64,000 nucleotides of DNA from Acidimicrobiia bacterium (GTDB lineage Bacteria; Actinomycetota; Acidimicrobiia; Acidimicrobiales; JANYDT01): assembly GCA_031423635.1 (NCBI GenBank), contig JANPFX010000082.1, forward strand, positions 21,375 through 85,374, written 5' to 3'. The position numbers and the translations under genes are program-made. Shown piece by piece: positions 27,797 to 37,385 of the stretch (positions are counted from its first letter, which is position 1; every line of letters starts with the position of its first letter). The notes below the pieces were generated by a model, which saw only the letters and a program-made list of their open reading frames with translations, was not told the DNA's origin and searched no databases.

Positions 27797-29410
27797 ATGG
27801 CGGCATTCGATTTCGGGGTCGCGAGCGAACGCGCTCGGCGGACCCTCGACGGGTTCACACGCGGCCAGAAGAGCATGCTCGTCCTCGCCGGGGTGGCCGT
27901 GGCGGCCGGCGCTCTCATGCTCTCCCGGTGGTCGGGGGGAGCGCCGTATTCGACGCTCTACGCCAACCTCGCGCCGGCGGACGCCGCTGCCGTCACCCAA
28001 CGGCTCGATTCCCAAGGTGTCTCGTACCGCCTCGGCGCCGGTGGTACCTCCATCCAGGTTCCTCAGGACGCCGTCTATCGAACCCGGATCGATCTCTCGG
28101 CCGAGGGCCTTCCGGCGGACAGCTCACCGGGGTACGCCCTGCTCGACAAGCAGGGTCTCACGACGAGCGAGTTCCGTCAGAAGGTCGATTACCAACGCGC
28201 CCTCGAGGGCGAGCTGTCCAAGACGATCCGCGCCATCGACGGCGTGGCAGCTGTCTCCGTGCACCTGGTGATCCCACAGGAGGACCTCTTCAGCGGCGAC
28301 GCCACCAAACCGAGCGCGTCGGTACTGGTGCGCACCATGGGAGATACAAAACTCCGCTCGGGTCAGGTCCAGGCCATCGTGCACCTCGTGGCGTCGTCGA
28401 TCGAGGGCCTCGCCCCGGAGGATGTCACCGTTGCCGACTCTGCCGGCAACGTCCTTGCCGCGCCCGGTCAAGACGCTGCTGCGGCGTCGAGCGTCCGGGT
28501 CGAGCAGACCAAAGCCTTCGAGGATTCGCTGGCGATGTCGCTCCAGCAGATGGTGCAGAAGGTGACCGGCGATGGGCACGCCGTCGTACGGGTGAAGGCC
28601 GAACTCGACTTCGACAAGAAGTCGACCACCACCGAGAGCTTCGCCGACCCGGCAACACGGACCGCGCTGGCGGAGAAGACGTCGAAGGAGACCTTCACCG
28701 GAGCAGGTGGCTCCGCGGCGGCGACCGGGGTGCTCGGCGCCAACGGCGCGGCGGCCACCACTCCGCCGAACGTTCCCTCGAATGCGTCGAGCTATACCAA
28801 GCAGGACAGCCAATCGGACTTCGCGCTCGGCAAGGTCGTCGAGAAGACCGACGCCCTGCCAGGCACAGTCAACCGGATGTCGATCGCCGTGCTGCTCGAC
28901 TCGTCGAAGAAGCTCAAGCCCGCTGATGCCGCCAGCCTTCGCAAGCTGGTGTCGGCAGCCTCGGGTCTCCAGACGGCTCGTGGCGACACCCTCGAGCTCG
29001 GTCAGCTCTCGTTCGACAACTCGTCGACGAAGGCGATGGCAACGGAACTGGCCATGGTCACGGCAGGGGAACAGAAGAAGGCGATGTTCGATCTCATCAA
29101 GAGCGGACTGCTCGGCTTGCTTGCTCTCCTGTCCGTCTTCATGGCCTACCGGGCCGCGAAGAAGGCGAACAGTCGGATCATCTCGGCCATCCCTCTCGAC
29201 AGTCTCCCCCGCTCGTCGTCGCTCGCCCTCCCGTCGCTGGCCGACCTGCAGGACGACGAAGACGACGCCGATCCGCCCGCACTCGCCGCGGTTGGCATGC
29301 CGCTTCCGCTGGCCGTGAGTCCCCGTCCGGACATCGCCGCCCTGATCGACCAGCAGCCGGGCGACGTGGCCAACACCTTGCGCGAGTGGCTCGCCGACCG
29401 GAGGTCGTGA
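27797..29410 (+). CDS. fliF: Flagellar MS-ring protein FliF
   Basis: 537 aa with an N-terminal TM helix, YALLDKQGLTTSEF..., DYQRALEGELSKTI, and a second TM helix near the C-terminus. Confidence 0.9.
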   Translation: MAAFDFGVASERARRTLDGFTRGQKSMLVLAGVAVAAGALMLSRWSGGAPYSTLYANLAPADAAAVTQRLDSQGVSYRLGAGGTSIQVPQDAVYRTRIDLSAEGLPADSSPGYALLDKQGLTTSEFRQKVDYQRALEGELSKTIRAIDGVAAVSVHLVIPQEDLFSGDATKPSASVLVRTMGDTKLRSGQVQAIVHLVASSIEGLAPEDVTVADSAGNVLAAPGQDAAAASSVRVEQTKAFEDSLAMSLQQMVQKVTGDGHAVVRVKAELDFDKKSTTTESFADPATRTALAEKTSKETFTGAGGSAAATGVLGANGAAATTPPNVPSNASSYTKQDSQSDFALGKVVEKTDALPGTVNRMSIAVLLDSSKKLKPADAASLRKLVSAASGLQTARGDTLELGQLSFDNSSTKAMATELAMVTAGEQKKAMFDLIKSGLLGLLALLSVFMAYRAAKKANSRIISAIPLDSLPRSSSLALPSLADLQDDEDDADPPALAAVGMPLPLAVSPRPDIAALIDQQPGDVANTLREWLADRRS

Positions 29411-29411
29411 G

Positions 29412-30416
29412 ATGGCCCGCGAACTTGCCGGTGCGCAGAAGGCCGCGCTGCTGCTCATGCAGATGAGCAAGCGCGACTCGTCGCGGATGCTGCAGATGCT
29501 GTCGCAGGCCGAAGTCGCCGAGTTGACATCGGAGATCGCCCGTATCTCGACGGTCAGCGAATCGACCGCCGAGGGAGTTGTCGAGGAGTTCCTGACCCAG
29601 GTCACGACTCGACCGGCCACTACCACCGGCGGCATCGAAGTGGCGAAGTCCATTCTCGAGAGCGGTCTCGGCAAAGAGGATGCGCACGACATCATCGAAG
29701 CCGTCATCGCGTCGATGGGGAAGATCCCCTTCCAGTTCCTCCGCCAGGCCGATCCGCGCCAGATCCTCTCCTTCATCCAGGACGAGCATCCCCAGACCAT
29801 CACCCTCGTCCTCGCCCACATGAGCGCGGAACTCGCTGCGCTCGTGATGAGCGGACTCAGCGAGGACCTTCAACGTGATGTGGCGACGCGCCTTGCGGTG
29901 ATGGACCGAACCTCTCCCGACGTCGTCGAACAGGTCGAGCATCAGCTCGAGCGCAAGTTCTCCTCGGTCATGCAGCCGAACGAACTGAGCTCGCTCGGCG
30001 GAGTCCAGAACCTCGTCGACATCTTGAACCGCTCGGACCGCGCCATGGAGCGCCTGATCCTCGAAGGACTCGAGCGTACGAGTCCAGAACTGGCCGACGA
30101 GATCCGTCAGCGCATGTTCGTTTTCGAAGACATCGGCGGCCTCGACGACCGTTCGATCCAGCTCGTACTCCGTCAGGTCGACGGCAAGGAGCTCGCTGTG
30201 GCCCTCAAAGGGGTCAAGGCCGACGTGCGGGACAAGATCGGGCGAAACATGTCCGAACGGGCCGCGCAGAACCTCAAGGAGGAGATCGACATGCTCGGTC
30301 CCATCCGGATCAAGACCGTGGAAGAGGCGCAGGGTGCCATCGTCCGGGTCATCCGGGCACTGGAGGAAGCCGGACAACTGGTCCTGTCGAGAGGTGCCGA
30401 TGAATTCGTCCTCTGA
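29412..30416 (+). CDS. fliG: Flagellar motor switch protein FliG
   Basis: GAQKAALLLM..., HPQTITLVLAHM, MFVFEDI, and a C-terminal torque helix region. 334 aa. Confidence 0.9.
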   Translation: MARELAGAQKAALLLMQMSKRDSSRMLQMLSQAEVAELTSEIARISTVSESTAEGVVEEFLTQVTTRPATTTGGIEVAKSILESGLGKEDAHDIIEAVIASMGKIPFQFLRQADPRQILSFIQDEHPQTITLVLAHMSAELAALVMSGLSEDLQRDVATRLAVMDRTSPDVVEQVEHQLERKFSSVMQPNELSSLGGVQNLVDILNRSDRAMERLILEGLERTSPELADEIRQRMFVFEDIGGLDDRSIQLVLRQVDGKELAVALKGVKADVRDKIGRNMSERAAQNLKEEIDMLGPIRIKTVEEAQGAIVRVIRALEEAGQLVLSRGADEFVL

Positions 30417-31086
30417 TCTCGAGGGTCGCCGGAGCCTGCCCGACCAGACCCGACGGATGTCGGCCCGCCCCCTCCGGGGAAGGGTGTCGGTCGCCCGATT
30501 CGACGAGCAGTTCGTCGATCCGTCGAAGGATCGCCGGGGCATGGCGTCCCCGGAGCAAGCCTTCACTGCCGGCTACGAGGTCGGACTCGAGCAGGGCATG
30601 TCGATCGGCCGGGCGAGCACGGTCGCCGAGCATGCCGCGAGCGATCGTCGGATGGCGCTGGTCGGCGAAGCGCTGCGAGGTGCCGCCGACGATGCCATCG
30701 CCGACGTCCGGCGCGAGTTCTCGAACGCGACCGATGTCCTGATCCACGCGGCCTTCGACATCGCCCTGGCAATCGTCGGGCGTGACCTCCGCGAACACCC
30801 GCGAACCGGCGAGGAAGCACTGCGCTCCGCACTTGCCCTTGTCCCACCTCGGATCGCTTGCACAGCTCGCCTGCATCCGTCGGATCTCGACGATCTCGGA
30901 GCTCTTGATCTGGCTCGCCTGCATCAGGATCTTTCGATCGTCGCGGACTACTCGGTCGAGTCTGGAGACTGCGTCATCGATCTTCCGTCGGCGCAGATCG
31001 AGAACCGCCTCGCCGATGCTCTTGCCCGGGTCCGCGCCGTGATGGGCAGTGACCTTGACGATGTCGAAGAGGAGATCCTGTCGTGA
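30400..31086 (+). CDS. fliH: Flagellar assembly protein FliH (export ATPase regulator)
   Basis: Lies between fliG and fliI; about 228 aa with helical Ala/Glu-rich segments and a C-terminal FliH-like part. ATG at 30400. Confidence 0.65.
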   Translation: MNSSSDLEGRRSLPDQTRRMSARPLRGRVSVARFDEQFVDPSKDRRGMASPEQAFTAGYEVGLEQGMSIGRASTVAEHAASDRRMALVGEALRGAADDAIADVRREFSNATDVLIHAAFDIALAIVGRDLREHPRTGEEALRSALALVPPRIACTARLHPSDLDDLGALDLARLHQDLSIVADYSVESGDCVIDLPSAQIENRLADALARVRAVMGSDLDDVEEEILS

Positions 31087-32405
31087 CGACAGCAACACTC
31101 CTCTCACCGGATCTGCTTTCCGAGATCCGACGCGCCGCCGGCCCTCGCCGGGTGGGACGGGTCAGTCGCTTGCTCGGCATACAGGTCGACGTGGTCGGCC
31201 TCGATGTCGCCATCGGTGACGCGTTGTCCGTGGAAGGTCCTCTCGGCGCGGTCGGCTGTGAGGTGGTCGCCGTGCACGATCGGTCGGCGACGTGCATGCC
31301 CTTCGGCAGCCTCCGTGGCGTGCGCATCGGTGCGCCGGCGGTGGCCACCGGGGGAGCGCCGACCATCTTCACCGGTCGACAGCTGCTCGGCCGGGTGCTC
31401 GATGGACTGGGTCGCCCGATCGATGGGCGCCCGCTTCCATCGGGACTCGAACGTGTCGGTGTCGCCGGGTCCGCCCCCCATCCGCTGCGCCGCCGGCCGG
31501 TGAGCGAGCAGCTCTCCCTCGGCGTCCGGGTGATGGACACGCTCGTGCCCTGCGGCCGCGGTCAGCGCATTGGCATCTTCGCCGGATCAGGCGTCGGCAA
31601 GTCGAGCCTGCTGTCGATGATGATCCGCGGGACCGAAGCCGATGTCTCGGTGCTCGCGCTCGTCGGAGAACGCGGACGCGAGGTGCAGGAGTTCATCTCC
31701 CGTGATCTGGGACCGGAAGGTCTGGCCCGCTCGGTCGTGATCGTCGCAACATCCGACGAACCGCCGCTCGTTCGCTTGCGGGCCGCGCTCACGGCGACGC
31801 GAATCGCCGAGTCCTTTCGTGATGACGGTGACGACGTGCTCCTGCTCATGGACAGCCTCACCCGTTTCGCCATGGCGCAGCGGGAGGTCGGACTCTCCGC
31901 TGGTGAGCCGCCGGCCACTCGAGGGTATCCACCGTCGACGTTCTCGCTGCTGGCCCAGCTGCTCGAACGCGCCGGGTCAGGCGAACGGGGGAGCATCACC
32001 GGCCTGTACACCGTTCTCGTCGATGGGGACGACATGAACGAGCCGATTGCCGACGCGGCGCGATCGATCCTCGACGGTCACGTCGTGCTGTCGCGCAAGC
32101 TCGCCACGGCCGGTCAGTTCCCCACGGTCGATGCGCTCGAGTCGATTTCTCGTGTCGCCCCGGCGATCACGACGACCGAACAGCGCATGGCGGCCACGGA
32201 ACTCCGAAGGATCATGGCCGCGCACCGCGACGCCAAGGACCTGATCGAGATCGGTGCCTACGTGCCGGGGTCGAACCCCCTGGTCGACCGGGCGGTCCAG
32301 CTCGAAGCAGCGACGAAGGCCTTCCTCACGCAGGATCTGCACGAAACCGTCTCCGCCGAGCGCAGCTGGGCCGAGCTCGCCCGACTTGTCGGGGTGGCTC
32401 CATGA
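31083..32405 (+). CDS. fliI: Flagellum-specific ATP synthase FliI
   Basis: Walker A GSGVGKSSLL, Walker B LLLMDSLTR, and YPPSTFSLLAQLLERAG. GTGA overlap with the fliH stop. Confidence 0.95.
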   Translation: MTTATLLSPDLLSEIRRAAGPRRVGRVSRLLGIQVDVVGLDVAIGDALSVEGPLGAVGCEVVAVHDRSATCMPFGSLRGVRIGAPAVATGGAPTIFTGRQLLGRVLDGLGRPIDGRPLPSGLERVGVAGSAPHPLRRRPVSEQLSLGVRVMDTLVPCGRGQRIGIFAGSGVGKSSLLSMMIRGTEADVSVLALVGERGREVQEFISRDLGPEGLARSVVIVATSDEPPLVRLRAALTATRIAESFRDDGDDVLLLMDSLTRFAMAQREVGLSAGEPPATRGYPPSTFSLLAQLLERAGSGERGSITGLYTVLVDGDDMNEPIADAARSILDGHVVLSRKLATAGQFPTVDALESISRVAPAITTTEQRMAATELRRIMAAHRDAKDLIEIGAYVPGSNPLVDRAVQLEAATKAFLTQDLHETVSAERSWAELARLVGVAP

Positions 32406-32860
32406 AGCGCAGCCCGTTCCGGCTTGCCACCGTCCTACGCGTTCGTCACGTGCAGGAAGACGTCGAGCTCGGTCGTCTCTCGCTCGCCCGGGCCGACGCC
32501 CGCCGGGCTGCTGATCGCGCTGACGCGTCGCTCGATCGGTATCGCCGGCAGACCACCGCGGGCCCCTCCGTCACCAGTGCCGGTGCGTTCCTCGCCGACC
32601 GACTCCACGGGGAACGCCTCGCGGAGTCCGTCATCGACGCCCGAGCCGACGTTGTCACGTCGCAGCAGGTCGTTGCCGAGCGCCGGGTCGACTGGTCATT
32701 CGCCGCCCAACGGGTATCGGCCCTCGTCCGACTCCGTGATCGGCACAACGAAGCGTTCGCCGCAGCCGTACTCCTCGAAGACGTCCTCGACGCCGACGAG
32801 CGCACGATCGCACGTCGTCATCTCCTCTCATCTCCCAACGCCTCCGTGGAGCCCCGATGA
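32402..32860 (+). CDS. fliJ: Flagellar export protein FliJ
   Basis: 152-aa coiled-coil protein (FRLATVLRVRHVQED...) directly after fliI, with an ATGA overlap. Confidence 0.7.
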   Translation: MKRSPFRLATVLRVRHVQEDVELGRLSLARADARRAADRADASLDRYRRQTTAGPSVTSAGAFLADRLHGERLAESVIDARADVVTSQQVVAERRVDWSFAAQRVSALVRLRDRHNEAFAAAVLLEDVLDADERTIARRHLLSSPNASVEPR

Positions 32861-34791
32861 ATGCAGCAAGCAACCCCATCTCGAGCATCGCCGATCGGAT
32901 CGCTTCCATCGAGGCCCGGTTCGGGGCGCGACCGCCCATGTCGGGCGCCGCCGCCACCGCCCTGGCCTCGGCGTCACGCGGCCAGACCGGGTCGGCCGGT
33001 TCGGACTCGTCCTTCGGACAGCTGGTCGACCGTCTCGTCTCGTCCTCCACAGCGAGCAGGTCCGGCGACGCCTCGACGGCGCTCGCCGATGTCCTCGAAC
33101 AACTCCTGCAAGCGCATGAACCGTCGCCCGTCGCCACGCGTGGTGCCGTCACGACGGTCGGTGATCAGAACGATGGAACCGACCCGACCCTGCGCTCGAG
33201 CGCGGGCGAGCGGATCGTCGACCTCGCCTCGGAGCACATCGGCGTCCCGTATGTGTGGGGCGGCGAGGACCCATCCGGCTTCGACTGCTCCGGGCTGGTG
33301 CAGTTCGTCTACGCCAAACTCGGTGTCGATCTTCCTCGGGTATCGCGCGATCAGGCGCAGGTCGGTCAACCGGTTGCGAGCCTCAGCGAGGCGGTCCCGG
33401 GTGATCTGGTGGCGTTCGGAACGCCGGTCGATCACATCGGGATCTACGCCGGGAACGGCCAAATGGTTGTTGCGCCGCGGACCGGTGATGTCGTGAAGCT
33501 GCAGCAGATCCGCCGTGAGCCGGTCGCCATTCGTCGGATCCTGGCGACCGACGCCGGCATTGCCCCGTCCGCAACGGCGGCACCAGGCGGGGCCACGGCC
33601 GGATCCAACATGGGCTACCTCGCACTGTTCTCTGCGGCCGAGGCCCGCTACGGGGTGTCGGCTGAACTGCTGGAGGCCGTGGCCAAGCAGGAATCGGGGT
33701 TCGACGCCAACGCCGTCAGCCCGGCTGGTGCACAGGGACTGATGCAGCTGATGCCGGGAACGGCCCAAGCGCTCGGGGTAAACCCTTTCGATCCGGCCGA
33801 GGCCGTCGACGGAAGCGCCCGTCTCCTCAGCCAGCACCTCCGTCGCTTCGGCTCGGTTCCCCTGGCCCTCGCGGCGTACAACGCCGGGCCCGGAGCGGTC
33901 GAGAAGTTCGGAGGGATTCCGCCGTATCGCGAGACGCAGGGCTACGTCCGCAAGATCATGGCCGACCTCGCCGACAGCGCCTATGGCGATTCGCCTTCGG
34001 CGGCGGCGGGAGTCGATCGTCTGTCCGATCAGCCGGCGCAGGTGCGCCGATCGACACCGCTGTTCAGCGACGGTGCCGTTCGCAGCGACGGTGCCGTCCG
34101 CAACGCCGGTGCGTCGCGATCGGCGGGCTTGCTCCCGAGAACGAACGGGCAGGCCGGTCCGGCCGCCGCCGTCGCCGCGCTGGCCTCGCTACCCGGGCCG
34201 GGTGCTGGTGCCGCGGCCTCGTTCCTGACGACCCCCGCGGTAGCTGCCGCTGCCCCGGCAGCAGCGGCGACGGCCACGGTCACCGCGACCTCGACGCCGG
34301 TCCCCCTGTCCACCGTTCCGTCCCCGTCGATGGTTCCGGCAACCGCAAGCGGCGTTCCCGGGTTCACCCTCCCGGAAGGCAAGCCGGTCTCGCCCGCCAA
34401 CGGCGCGTGGGGCCCTAGCACCCAGATGCAGATCACGAGCGTCGGTGGTTCCAACACGACGAGCTGGCTGGAGTCGGGACTTCTCGAGCAGGCATCGCCG
34501 GCCGACGTGGCGGCAATCGTTGCATCGGCGCGAGGCCCGGTCGCCAAGGGTGTGCTCAAGATCCTGCAGAACGCCACGGCCGCACAGCTGATCTCCCCAG
34601 AGTTCCGCCAGACCCTCAACGACGTCAACCGTGACGCCCTCGGCCTCCCGGACGCTCCCGACGTGATTCCGGTCCAACCGCCGGCGCCTGCGGCTCTCGC
34701 CGCTCCATCGACATCGACATCGACGGCCGCGACGGTGGCAGCACCCAGTCCGATCGCGCGAACCCTTCTTCCGCTCACCCCCGCAAAGTGA
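32857..34791 (+). CDS. Bifunctional peptidoglycan hydrolase: NlpC/P60 endopeptidase plus SLT lytic transglycosylase domains and an Ala/Pro-rich C-terminal half; no signal peptide seen
   Basis: NlpC/P60: VPYVWGGEDPSGFDCSGLVQFVY...GDLVAF...DHIGIYAGNG. SLT: AVAKQESGFDANAVSPAGAQGLMQLMPGTA...AAYNAGPGAV. ATGA overlap with fliJ. Confidence 0.85.
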   Translation: MNAASNPISSIADRIASIEARFGARPPMSGAAATALASASRGQTGSAGSDSSFGQLVDRLVSSSTASRSGDASTALADVLEQLLQAHEPSPVATRGAVTTVGDQNDGTDPTLRSSAGERIVDLASEHIGVPYVWGGEDPSGFDCSGLVQFVYAKLGVDLPRVSRDQAQVGQPVASLSEAVPGDLVAFGTPVDHIGIYAGNGQMVVAPRTGDVVKLQQIRREPVAIRRILATDAGIAPSATAAPGGATAGSNMGYLALFSAAEARYGVSAELLEAVAKQESGFDANAVSPAGAQGLMQLMPGTAQALGVNPFDPAEAVDGSARLLSQHLRRFGSVPLALAAYNAGPGAVEKFGGIPPYRETQGYVRKIMADLADSAYGDSPSAAAGVDRLSDQPAQVRRSTPLFSDGAVRSDGAVRNAGASRSAGLLPRTNGQAGPAAAVAALASLPGPGAGAAASFLTTPAVAAAAPAAAATATVTATSTPVPLSTVPSPSMVPATASGVPGFTLPEGKPVSPANGAWGPSTQMQITSVGGSNTTSWLESGLLEQASPADVAAIVASARGPVAKGVLKILQNATAAQLISPEFRQTLNDVNRDALGLPDAPDVIPVQPPAPAALAAPSTSTSTAATVAAPSPIARTLLPLTPAK

Positions 34792-34798
34792 GGTCTTC

Positions 34799-36658
34799 AT
34801 GACACCAACCCTTCTCTCGGCCAGCAGCGCCGCCTACCTCGCGATGCCCCCGACCACGTCCGACAACGCGTCAACATCGGTGGACGGGTCCACCGTGTCC
34901 GCATCAGCCTCCGAGGAGTCGTCCGACGATCATGGTGCGGACCAGGCCCCGAGCGATTTCGCCGTGCTCCTGGCGGCGATGATGGCACCGCCGACCCCGG
35001 CGCCGTTTCGTCCCCGAATGGATTCCGTCGACGCGACGGGCTCGTCCGTCGCGTCCCCGGCGGTCGGAGACGCGACTGCGGCGACGTCGGTCGGTCTGGC
35101 GGCGCTCGTTGCGCTGCCCTCGACCGGCGGCGCGACGTCAGACGCGAACCCGATCGGCGCCGACGTCGAGAATCCGTCACCGGTCAACGTGGCGCCGCCG
35201 GCAACGCCGGCACCACCCGCCGCGGATCGGCTGGGCGTGGCCGGCGCGATGGCCAACGACGCGACCGGCACCATCGGCGTCCCCGCCGGCGCCGATCCGA
35301 CGCCGCCGATGGTCGAAGTGGTCGGGCGCGAGTCGCCGGCGCCGCTTCTTGGTCTGGTGGCCCTCGATCGCCCCCTGTCTCTCGGTCGGCGCTCGTCCGG
35401 ACCGTTCCCTGATTTCGCCGGTGCCCTCGGAGAGGCCCCGGTGGATGGATCGGTGGGGGCCCTGGTGGATGGATCGGTGGGGGCCCCGGTGGATGGATCG
35501 GTGGGGGCCCCGGTGGACGGTTCGGTGGGGGCCCCGGTGGACGGTTCGGTGGGGGCCCCGGTGGACGGTTCGATGGAGGTAGTGATCGACGTCGGTCCGA
35601 CCCATGACAGTCCCGCCCCCGCCGTCGGTCCGCACGACGAATCGCCTTCCGTGGAAGCGTCCCTTGCCCGTCCGGTGAATCCTGAGACGGTCCCGCTTCC
35701 CCCAACGGGTCCAGCCGGTCCACCGACCGTCACCCCGTTCGCCCCGCCCAGCTCCCGGTTGGTCCGCCGGTCCGTCGACCATGTTGCGCCTGGCGTGACC
35801 AAGGCGGATGGCGATGCAACCCCGATGTCCATCGTGAAGGACACGCCGGCACCGACCGCCTCGACGGGCACGTCCTCGCAGAGTCCTCGGACGCCGAACC
35901 TCGGCACCGAAGCGACGGCGTCGGACATGATGCAGTCGGTCACGGCAGCGCGGCCGATCCGTGTCGTTCGAGAAGAGTCCTCGGCGCCGAGCGACGAGGA
36001 CGTCGCGTCCCCTGTCGGGCTGTCCGGCACACCAGGGCAGGGAACCCCGACCGAGCGTCCCGCGAGCGTCGAGGGATCGACTCTTCCGGCGGTCCAAGGT
36101 GTCCGACCGGGCGACGCACCCCAGCACATCGTTCGGGCCGCGCTTCGCGCCCAGGCTGCCGACGGAACGCAACACATGCGACTGGAGATGCACCCGGGTG
36201 ACCTCGGTGCCGTCGCCGTCGAGGTGACGATCGAGGGCGGGGCCGTGCATGTCGCGATGGTCGCCGAACGAGGCGAGACGAAAGACCTGCTGCGCTCGTC
36301 GATCGCCGAGCTGCGGTCCTCCCTTGTCGCCGCGGGTTTCTCGGCCGGCCGGGTCGACATCCAGAGCGGTCTCTCCGACGGCCGCTTCGGCCACACCGCT
36401 GAGCGCCATGACGCGTGGAGTCAGTCGTTCGATCGACCCGACTCGCGTCGTGACCAGACCGGGGCGTTCGCGAACATGTTCGACCAGTCCAGCGGCCGTG
36501 GTGATCAGACCCGGAACTCGCGCGCTTACGTCGGAGCGGGAGACCGCGGAGACGCCCCGTCATCGCTGCGCTCGGAACTCAGCGGCGACCGGACGGTTCG
36601 TGACGCGGCGACGTCACCGAACGGACTCCGTCGTGACCGACTCGACCTTCAGCTCTGA
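34799..36658 (+). CDS. fliK: Flagellar hook-length control protein FliK
   Basis: Long Pro/Ala/Ser-rich disordered body plus a C-terminal Flg_hook domain (MRLEMHPGDLGAVAVEVTIEGGAVHVAMVAERGETKDLLRSSIAELRSSLVAAGF). Sits before flgD. Confidence 0.8.
   Translation: MTPTLLSASSAAYLAMPPTTSDNASTSVDGSTVSASASEESSDDHGADQAPSDFAVLLAAMMAPPTPAPFRPRMDSVDATGSSVASPAVGDATAATSVGLAALVALPSTGGATSDANPIGADVENPSPVNVAPPATPAPPAADRLGVAGAMANDATGTIGVPAGADPTPPMVEVVGRESPAPLLGLVALDRPLSLGRRSSGPFPDFAGALGEAPVDGSVGALVDGSVGAPVDGSVGAPVDGSVGAPVDGSVGAPVDGSMEVVIDVGPTHDSPAPAVGPHDESPSVEASLARPVNPETVPLPPTGPAGPPTVTPFAPPSSRLVRRSVDHVAPGVTKADGDATPMSIVKDTPAPTASTGTSSQSPRTPNLGTEATASDMMQSVTAARPIRVVREESSAPSDEDVASPVGLSGTPGQGTPTERPASVEGSTLPAVQGVRPGDAPQHIVRAALRAQAADGTQHMRLEMHPGDLGAVAVEVTIEGGAVHVAMVAERGETKDLLRSSIAELRSSLVAAGFSAGRVDIQSGLSDGRFGHTAERHDAWSQSFDRPDSRRDQTGAFANMFDQSSGRGDQTRNSRAYVGAGDRGDAPSSLRSELSGDRTVRDAATSPNGLRRDRLDLQL
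35441..35584 (+). repeat. Six tandem copies of a 24-bp in-frame repeat (VDGSVGAP) inside fliK
   Basis: GTGGA(T/C)GG(A/T)TCGGTGGGGGCCC(T/C)G x5, plus a diverged sixth copy. Two sub-variants: copies 1-3 versus 4-6. Confidence 0.9.
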
Positions 36659-36766
36659 CGTGCGCGCCATGGTCCCCCTGCGCACACGGTTCACACCAGC
36701 GAACCTTCACTCGAACCCACCAAGCCCCTCACGACGGTCTCGCCGTGAAACGAAAGGTCCTCGTTC

Positions 36767-37285
36767 ATGATCACCCCCGCCGCTTCCTCGTCGCCTTCCT
36801 CGGCTGCTGTCGCCGGTTCGACCAAACCTCCCGCCGTGGCCAATCCGACGACGCAGCCCAACGACCGCATGGGGAAGGACGCGTTCTTGAAGCTGCTCGT
36901 CGCGCAGCTCAAGTATCAGAATCCGCTCAGCCCGATGGATGGCACCGAGTTCATCGCGCAGACGGCGCAGCTCACCATGACCGAGAAACTCGAGGAGCTT
37001 TCCAAGCTCTCGGAGGCGACCGTTCTCGATGCCAACCGCCGAACCGCTGCAGAGCTCGTCGGCAAGACCATCTCCTACGACAACGGCACCAACGTCGTCG
37101 ATGGCGTCGTCACTTCGGCTCGCATGAACGGCGGCAACCCGATCCTGATGATCGGCCGCACCGAGGTTCCGCTCGGTGCGGTGCTCGAAGTCCGCGCCAC
37201 CCTCTCGTCATCGGCTCCGGCCGCTGCGCCCGCTCCGGGATCCTCTCCGGCTCCCGCTGCGGTTCCCGTCGTCACCGCCGCCTAG
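36767..37285 (+). CDS. flgD: Flagellar hook assembly (capping) protein FlgD
   Basis: LGKDAFLKLLVAQLKYQNPLSPMD signature; 172 aa. Confidence 0.9.
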   Translation: MITPAASSSPSSAAVAGSTKPPAVANPTTQPNDRMGKDAFLKLLVAQLKYQNPLSPMDGTEFIAQTAQLTMTEKLEELSKLSEATVLDANRRTAAELVGKTISYDNGTNVVDGVVTSARMNGGNPILMIGRTEVPLGAVLEVRATLSSSAPAAAPAPGSSPAPAAVPVVTAA

Positions 37286-37385
37286 GCGGGCTCCGCCATT
37301 CGTTCATCGGGTGCACCGTCGGGTGCGCCCGTCACCCAAGTCTTCCCACCAACTCTTCCAGCAGTACCCCTACGAAAGGATCCAC

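Noticed and set aside
35441-35584. A regular 24-bp repeat array, considered as a CRISPR-like array.
   Set aside because: The units are contiguous with no spacers. They are in frame within fliK and encode VDGSVGAP, so this is a coding tandem repeat.
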